Shown here: one piece after another, positions 56,674 to 64,000 of the stretch
Position numbering within the stretch: the stretch's first letter is position 1
How the letters are laid out: each line of letters begins with the position of its first letter
Assembly (NCBI GenBank): GCA_965153355.1
Contig: OZ231126.1
Span: 24,242,001-24,306,000 of the forward strand
DNA: 64,000 nucleotides
Reading direction: 5' to 3'
From: Flaccisagitta enflata
Taxonomy: Eukaryota
The notes under the pieces: model-generated
The model's database searches: none
Told to the model about the DNA's origin: nothing
What the model saw: the letters and a program-made list of their open reading frames with translations, nothing else
Position numbers and translations under genes: made by a program

Positions 56674-57492
56674 CATGACTTCCTGATTCTTTAAGTACAA
56701 CAGTCTGCAGGTGAGTAGGATCATCACAGTCATTTCTACCCACACAATAATTTTTCCCAGTTTGTAACTTGAAATGAGTCGATTTTGAAACATTCCTCTT
56801 CCAGACATTGATCACTTATCAGTTCATAACTTAACAGTTCCGTTTTCCGCCTCAATGTCTCTCCATTTCTCATACGTACTCCATAGAAGTACTTACCATT
56901 GTCATTTTCGCTCTTTTACATTGCTTGAAAACATCAATACGCCTTTCGTAGGCTCATGCCGACAGCAGTAGCGTCGGTTTTGTTTTTGTTTTGTTTCGTT
57001 TTAACTCGTTTTGTTTTGTTTCATATTCTCTCAGGGGTGTATATTCTTGCATATTCCCCCCCCCCCCCCCCGGCGGGAGGGGGAAATTAATCAAAGGGTT
57101 TAGAGATGGGGAAGGGAAAGGAAGGGGGAAAAAAGAGAAAGAAAAAAAAAGAAAATTTGTTAAAAATATTGATTTTGGCAATACCAAATGATAAAACCTA
57201 ATTAGAACAAAACAATTTAACATTAATTAAACCTAAAGTATACAGTGTTATTGCTTTATGAAGAAGAAAATCATAATTTTGCAAAGGCAGGGGGGGGGGA
57301 AGAAATCAAAAGCCGTGCAACTATATACTCCCTGTTAATTTACTGCCTAAACTGTACGACACACGCCCTTTGTTAAGCCTTTCGGCCATGCGCGTGATTT
57401 TATTCTCCTCATTCTGTTTGACGGACCTTCAATTACTGTGCTGTCTTTTGAAAATTTTTAAACGTCATCATCATCATCACCATCATCATCAA

Positions 57493-57547
<55 letters not shown>

Positions 57548-57565
57548 TTTATCGACATCATCATT

Positions 57566-57673
<108 letters not shown>

Positions 57674-57864
57674 ATCATCATCATCATCATCATCATCATC
57701 AACAACATCCATTAATCCATCCATCCATCCATCCATCCATCCATCCATCCATCCATCCATTCATCCCTCCCTCCCTCCATCCATCCATTCATCCATCCCC
57801 ATGAGATGATAGTTGTCCTCACACTCAGATCGAGATACGAATTCCTCATTATTTCCTGCATATA

Positions 57865-57870
57865 TTTATT
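57865..57870 (-). promoter_or_regulatory. Candidate polyadenylation signal (AATAAA) of the DUF229 gene
   Basis: First AATAAA I can see on the minus strand downstream of the stop at 58812, about 940 nt away. Confidence 0.3.
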
Positions 57871-57966
57871 ATAAATATAACTGCCGGTGTCTCGGGGCCG
57901 GCGACGGCAGCGCGAAAAAAATATCCTTCTGTCGGTTTCTGTCGGCTTATCGGCGTGTCTGGCCTT

Positions 57967-58133
57967 CCGTTGTGGTCCATCCAAGGCGGTCCGTCCAGTC
58001 CGATGCGGTCCGTCCAGTCCGTTGCGGTCCGTCCAGTCCGTCGCGGTCCGTTCAGTCCATTGCGGTCCGTCCAGTCCGTTGCGGTCCGTCCAGTCCGTTG
58101 CGGTCCGTCCAGTCCGTCGCGGTCCGTCCGGCC
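57967..58133. repeat. GC-rich 19-bp minisatellite (GCGGTCCGTCCAGTCCGTY), about 8 units
   Basis: GCGGTCC recurs at 57986, 58005, 58024 and onward at 19-bp spacing. Confidence 0.88.
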
Positions 58134-58322
58134 GGCCTTGGTTGTGAATCCCGGCGATGGACGGAGGGCCGCTTAGGTGGGGAGATTTGACGGTCATAAC
58201 GTCATAAGCTCTAAATACTAATGACCCATTTTCAGAGAGTTGATGGTCGAAACGCCCGCCCTCTGTGACCGTAAAAGCAGCCGAGGGAATCAGCAAAGAG
58301 TGACGGAGAGAGAGAGAGAGAG

Positions 58323-58429
<107 letters not shown>

Positions 58430-58585
58430 TCATTCACGACAGGTGGATGGAAGAGGGATGAAGCTAGGGTAAGAGGAGATTTTTTGAAGCGGGGTAGGCG
58501 ATGAAATGTGATCCAGATGAGTGCAAGCTTGTATGCGCTGTCAAAATTTTGTTTCAAAAACAACAAAAACTTAAAAAAATCCATC

Positions 58586-58637
<52 letters not shown>

Positions 58638-58645
58638 CGACAACG

Positions 58646-58709
<64 letters not shown>

Positions 58710-58811
58710 CGCGAACCGAGCGCCATTGGTGAAAGAAAATCTTCAACATATTGACTTTTACGAACAAGTCAAAGCGAAAAATGCAAAAGGTAATCCAGAC
58801 GTCATCGACTT

Positions 58812-58967
58812 TCACTGCCTCAAACAGTGGCAGAATTCTTTGAGCTGATAGTTCCGTTCGAGGACGCAAAAGGACGAGTTTCCGTATCGATCGAGTCTCG
58901 TCACAGATCCCTTTCGCACTACGTTTCCGGCTTCACCGTCCAGATTGGCCCACACTCGAAATTCCGC
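58812..58967 (-). CDS. DUF229-family protein, terminal coding exon
   Basis: Acceptor ttttttgtatcactaatcaag| in phase 0. Encodes [51 protein letters not shown], matching the DUF229 C-terminal (S/T)R...YG....C.....L...C.C motif. Confidence 0.85.
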   Translation of the reverse strand, partial: AEFRVWANLDGEAGNVVRKGSVTRLDRYGNSSFCVLERNYQLKEFCHCLRQ

Positions 58968-59549
58968 CTTGATTAGTGATACAAAAAAGTACAGGTCAGA
59001 GCGTAATTGAACGCGAGGCCCCCTTGAAAACTGTAGCACATCACAGATTTATTGGGTCGGAAATTTCAAAAATCTTTTTTTCATTTTATGTTGAATGGAA
59101 AAGTATGCTAAGCATAATCAATGCTACTAAAATTTTTTTAGATTACTAAATCAAAAGGCAGCGATGAAAATCAGTTTAACGCCCGATAAGACATTGTTAC
59201 CACAACTTTTTCCAGCTATCTTAGTTCGTATGATCATGGGCCATTATATCTAGCAAGTTGACCATGATTGTAGGGGAATTGATTCCATGAGCGCAAATTG
59301 TTGAAAAAATTGCTTCAGTCAAAGTCACTCTTTACCCCTCGGAGTTCACGGGAAAGATACCTTGGCAAAATCCATAACAACATTGTAGTTATTTCCTTGA
59401 TATGTTGCCGCAAAATTGAAGCCCGACGAATTTGCTTTTTGCTAGTTCCTTTTATATTTTTTTGGAACAAAGATAAATTCCTGAGCATTTCGCAACTGAT
59501 TTTGGTTTCACTGTATGCTACTTCAGAAACAGACTCTTGTATGAGATAT

Positions 59550-59873
59550 GCAGACCCCCTACAGCCCAGGATGTTGAAGTTAGGGGTATGATTGAGGTAT
59601 TATTTGAAAGCTTATGAGAATACAAATGGCGCCATCAGAGCGTTTTTTTAGTTTTGAGCCCCGACTAAAATTACAGCACTTTAAAGGTGTAAAAATTGAC
59701 TTTTGGGGGGGTTGTTTAAAAAAAGCTAAATTTGATACTTTGAAGAGCTATAATTTGAGCTAGGGAACAAAATTAAAAAACCCTCTGATGGCGCCATTTG
59801 TATTCTCATAAGCTTTCAAATGATACCTCAATCATACCCCTAGCTTCAATCTACTGGGCTGTAGGGGGTTTGC
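59550..59873. repeat. About 320-bp imperfect palindrome (foldback MITE) in the DUF229 intron
   Basis: GCAGACCCCCTACAGCCCAG...GAAAGCTTATGAGAATACAAATGGCGCCATCAGAG and its inverse ending GGGCTGTAGGGGGTTTGC. Confidence 0.8.
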
Positions 59874-60149
59874 TATAGTTTTATTGCTACAGTTTTATTG
59901 CTACAGTTTTAGTGCTACAGTTTTATTTCCTGGAAGTGGGGGCCTCTCGTTCAAATACGCTCTGATCTGTACTCGATGCATTGGCTGTGCAAAATCAATT
60001 GGTCTTCCGGTTGATGGATCCCTTTTGAACAATTCATCTGCCCATCTGAAACACCACTGCATAGCTTCTGCTTCTGCACAGTGGGCTTTTTTGGGCAAAC
60101 CTTTCTCAAAACCTCCAGAAGCTTCTAACCTAATTTTTTTTGCACAGTT

Positions 60150-60990
60150 GAACCCTGTATGTGTAATAAATGCCCTAGCAAGCAAAAATATCCAGCTTTA
60201 TGGGCCCCAGGGGCCCCAAAGGACCCTAAAGGACCCAAAAACAGGTTTTTGAGGAATTTGAGGGTTTTTTTTCAATGTTATCATTTTCTATTTTGGTTAT
60301 TTATGGTAAATTTCAACCATATTAATGTAATAGATGCCCTAGCAAGATAGAATTTCCAGAGGTAAGGGCCCTAGGGGCCCCTAACGGCCCCAAAGACCAT
60401 AAAAGTAGGTTTTTTAGGCTTTATTAAGCTTTTATCGCATGAAATCAGGTTTCATTTACATGTACAGTTTAAATTTCATCTTTGTTAATGTAATAGAGGT
60501 TTTACCAAGTAAAATTTTTGGGTGTTATGGGCCCTAGGGGCCCCTAGAGATCGTAAAAGTAGGTTTTTTAGGCTATTTTTGGTTTTTTTTTGCTAACAAT
60601 CATGGGTTTTTTTGTTGTTCACAGTAAATTTTAATGTTGTTAATGTGAAAGAGGTTTTAGCAAGCAAGATCTTAAAATATTATGGGCCTCAAGGGCCCCT
60701 GGGGACCCTAAAAGACGTTTTTTTTAGCCTAAAAAGAGTATTTTTTTCAATCTTAATTTTTTTTTTTAAATATCGCAAATTTCCACCCTTTAAGTGAGGA
60801 ATAGGCCTTTACAAGCATCCTTTTAGTGTTATGGGCTCCAGGGGCCCTAAAAAATTATTTTTTGCCTATAGTTCCCTATAGTCACATGTTTTTTGGTACA
60901 ACATGAGGAATCTAAACCCTGTTAATGTGATAGAGGCCTTGGGTGGTATGGGCTCCAGAGGCCCCTAGCTATAAAATGGGGTCCCCAAGG
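60150..60990. repeat. Degenerate satellite-like array, unit about 160 bp
   Basis: AATGTAATAGA...GCAAG...GGGCCCTAGGGGCCCC motif at about 60201, 60365, 60528, 60683, 60833 and 60950. Confidence 0.7.
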
Positions 60991-62594
60991 CCGCATGTTT
61001 AGGTGTGACAAAGCACCTCTTATTTGCTACTTGACCATGTTATTTTCCATACAATACATCGTGTCATACTGTTTTTCTCTCTCTCTTTCTCTCTCTCTCT
61101 TTCACTTGGGATCGTCTTACCCTCCTCCTCCTCCTCCTCCTCCTCCTCCTCCTCCTCCTCCTCCTCCTCCTCCTCCTCCTCCACTTTCTTTTTCTTCATA
61201 TAGTCCAACAATTTTGCTATAAAATCAGTGTCCTGTTGTAGCTGTCATCTTAGAGATGTATGAATCACAGCCAATATTCTCGATTTACTGGAAATTTGCT
61301 GCCACTGCCACCTCTTCCTCCTCCTCCTCCTCTCCCCCTCTTCCTCTTCTTTCTATATACAATGCCACAAGTTATCATTAAAACCAATGTCCTGTTATAG
61401 CTGTCATCTCAAAGATATATATAGCTAGGCCAAATGCTCAATTTACTTGAGATTAGCTATTTCCGCCACCTCTTATTCCTCCTCCTCCTCCTCCTCCTCC
61501 TCCTCCCCCCATTCTATAATCAACCATCTCATCTTACATTGTAAACGCTACAAAAGAACTAGCAACAAGACTACACTTTCTTAACAAACAATTGCTTTCT
61601 AGTAGTAGGGCTGAAATAGATTATTACCAATGGAGCTGGATATCAAATTGCCCTTTTAAGACACAGGAAAATAGCAAGGTCCTATTTCTCCAAAATGGTA
61701 ACAGGTACCTATATATGGAAACTAGTCCCTTGTAGGCCATCACCAAAAGGTAGAAATTCATCAAAAAAAGTACCTTAAGTCCCTGGTGTAGATAGGTAAA
61801 AAAAAATAAAACTGTTTTTTTTGCTCTTCCCCCTTCCATAGGATTACAATGGGAAGTTACTCGTTGAATTTTAAAAATTGCTTTTTTTAGTATTGCGCAA
61901 AAACTATGAGAGGTACCCATATATGGAAACCTGATTATGAAACCTAAGGGTCTCCTCTTCAAATTTCATTAATGATATTACCTTAATGTTTGGGTGTACT
62001 ATGGTTTTAAAAAAAAAAAAGGTCGCTGACCCCTTCTTTTTTATAAGAAATAAGCCTCGCCAGGCCATTTTAGAGCGCTCTAGCCCCCCCCCATGAAAAA
62101 ATCAGCCAAAATTGTGATTGGTATTTTACATACTAACCACTAACATTCATTTTCAGCCATATTTGCTTCATTTCTTTCACTTTTAAATTTTGACAAAATT
62201 TGCCATTTCAGCCTCCAGAGCCAGAGTCCGGGTGATTACATAGTGGGCACCTAGTTCCGGTTAAGTTAGGGTTCTATGGCTGGTTAATATCAATCATATA
62301 GTTCAAAGATTAGGTTTGGCGTTTTTTGTTTCTGCATTTTTGGCATAGAAGTGCCCTCTGAGGTACTGAGAAGGGTCGGCCCACAGTGTTCTGAAAACGT
62401 GATCTTTTCTCTTCAATTTAGTCCGACTGGACAGTTCCTCGCACTTAATTGATTTTTCTCGGTTGCTTGGTTCAACAATTTATTGATTTTTTCACATGCG
62501 CAGTCATTAAATTGACCACTCGTGAATTCGCCAATATGGTACTTAGCAAGTACAGCCCCAGTGGGGGATTTCCAACCCTCCACTTCTCCCTCAC

Positions 62595-62783
62595 AAACAA
62601 GTGACGCGGGGTCACAATATTGTTGCGGACGGGTGGGCAGGGGTATCCAACCACCATACACACCCCATCCCATCCCCAAAACGTTTCTTAAATTCTCGTT
62701 TTCCCACTTTTCAACTCGATGACCCCGGACAGACGGACGGACGGACAAAGCCTCCTTTAGAGTTGCGTGTCCGCAACTAAAAA
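62595..62783 (-). mobile_element. HINE-like element in the last DUF229 intron
   Basis: On the minus strand: TTTTTAGTTGCGGACACGCAACT ... TCCGCAAC AATATT GTGACCCCGCGTCAC TTGTTT. It starts 30 nt past the donor at 62813. Confidence 0.8.
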
Positions 62784-62813
62784 GCGGCCAACTCTCAACT
62801 GCATCCTGCCCAC

Positions 62814-63107
62814 CTTGGGCTTCATTTCCACTTCTAACGCGTAGATATTCGTCCCGACAATCCTTTGAGCCTTTATGATGCGATTGACGCGCATGCGTGC
62901 ACAAATGTCGCCGACGTCGATGAGAAGCTTCTCCAACACCTCGTCAAACGCATCCCTAGCCCTTTGAAAGACTTTGAAGGTGACATCGACTTCCACCATC
63001 CGATTGCAGCTGCAAAATTCGTCTGGGATTCCGGCTTGAGCGCAGTTGCGGTCCTCGGGGACTTCCGTCAACAATGAATAAGCCACTTTTCCGTTCTCCT
63101 CAGCGGA
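62814..63107 (-). CDS. DUF229-family protein, penultimate exon
   Basis: Acceptor cctaatagcag| (tandem TAG/CAG, so the start is 63110 or 63107) and donor AAG|gtgggc; phase 0 at both ends. Encodes SAEENGKVAYSLLTEVPEDRNCAQAGIPDEFCSC...YALEVEMKPK, containing the DUF229 SL..E.P..R.C..AGI...C.C motif. Confidence 0.87.
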
Positions 63108-63610
63108 CTGCTATTAGGAATATTCTTATAGAATCAATTTCATAATCAGGAGGCCAAACCATGAGGGGTGGAGAATTCAATTAATAAGTGGAGCAAACTA
63201 AATAACATCTTCAAAACAAATCAAAAACAAAATTACGCCGTTGAAAAAGTATATGTTTTCTTAACAATGTTACCCTCGGGTGATTTGTGGCATTTTCGTT
63301 TCAAAGGAAACAATCATTGCCCTTACTACTCTTGGTATGCAGTTTACTTTTGGGTTAGATAGAGATGGAATGTTTTTCAGATTCTGTTATATGGAAAACT
63401 AGGAGTGATGCGCGTATTATATAGTCAGGGAGGGGCAAGACCCTCTTCCATTCATTTCAGTATGGGTATAGTGAGGGATATAATTCCACTTTTCACAGAG
63501 CCTAAGCGCCTGATAAGCCGATCGTTAGTTTGACAGATGATGCGAGTTCTAGAGTCCATGTACACTTCTTAGATGAATTTCATGCAACTTAGCTTGTTAC
63601 TGAAATGTAC

Positions 63611-63806
63611 CTTTAATTGGGTCCAAGGTGCGGAGCTGGTCTGTACATGAAGCAAATGTTGCATCGTCTTGTGGATATCAAAGGCGGTCACGAGTCTCTT
63701 GCTGTTGAGGCGGAGGTTGGCCACCAGCTCCGGAAACTGCTCCTCAAACCAAGGAGGCATGACGAAAAACATGAAGGGCAGTTTATTTTCCATCCTACCC
63801 CAATCA
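63611..63806 (-). CDS. DUF229-family protein, internal exon (first of three visible)
   Basis: Acceptor ccaatacag| at 63807 and donor AAG|gtacat at 63610. Encodes (x)DWGRMENKLPFMFFVMPPWFEEQFPELVANLRLNSKRLVTAFDIHKTMQHLLH...QLK, which fits the DUF229 pattern G.LEERLP...P.WF...P....NL..N..RL.T.FD.H.TL as I recall it. Upstream exons lie outside the window. Confidence 0.88.
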
Positions 63807-64000
63807 CTGTATTGGAATATGATTATATGAATGAATCACTTTTCTCAGAATCTTTAATCTTTTGTTTGTATTTTCTTTAATAACGTACAACAATCGGACA
63901 GACTGACGGGCAGACAAATCTCCTCAAAACAGAGAAAAGCTTTACTCTTTAATCTTTACCCATTCATTAACTCATTCAATCCATCTGCACCGTTCTTCTC

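Noticed and set aside
62413..62813. DUF229 CDS continuing through or past the HINE (HINE disrupting an exon)
   Set aside because: A proper donor at 62813 joins in phase to a conserved last exon at 58967, and the sequence beyond the HINE lacks family motifs.

Overview
This window is animal (probably invertebrate) nuclear DNA, not prokaryotic. It is AT-rich, dense in microsatellites and largely built of non-autonomous DNA transposons. Nearly all ORFs in the supplied track are translations of simple repeats or transposons. The only gene I can support is the 3' part of a minus-strand DUF229-family (alkaline phosphatase/sulfatase-like) gene. It has three phase-compatible exons (63806-63611, 63107/63110-62814, 58967-58812); its 5' exons lie beyond the window end. 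The main repeat class is more than 25 copies of Helentron-associated (HINE/DINE-1-like) elements. Their layout is 5' T-run, a hairpin containing a subterminal inverted repeat (subTIR), (GTCC/GTCG)n, a 3' subTIR, a short stem-loop, then TTGTTT; I call the strand '+' when the TTTTTAG end is on the left. Their subfamilies have different terminal sequences but keep the base-pairing. Also present: a second HINE-like family carrying a 21-bp minisatellite, TA-flanked Tc1/mariner-type MITEs, hAT-type MITEs with 8-bp TSDs, two multi-kb foldback elements, a recent 1.57-kb tandem duplication and a transposon-end-bounded inversion. I found no transposase, RT or Rep/helicase ORF, and no rRNA, tRNA or CRISPR array. 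I cannot claim a new biological system. The best leads are the covarying HINE termini and the rearrangements at element ends. All calls are by eye; coordinates may be off by a few bases.
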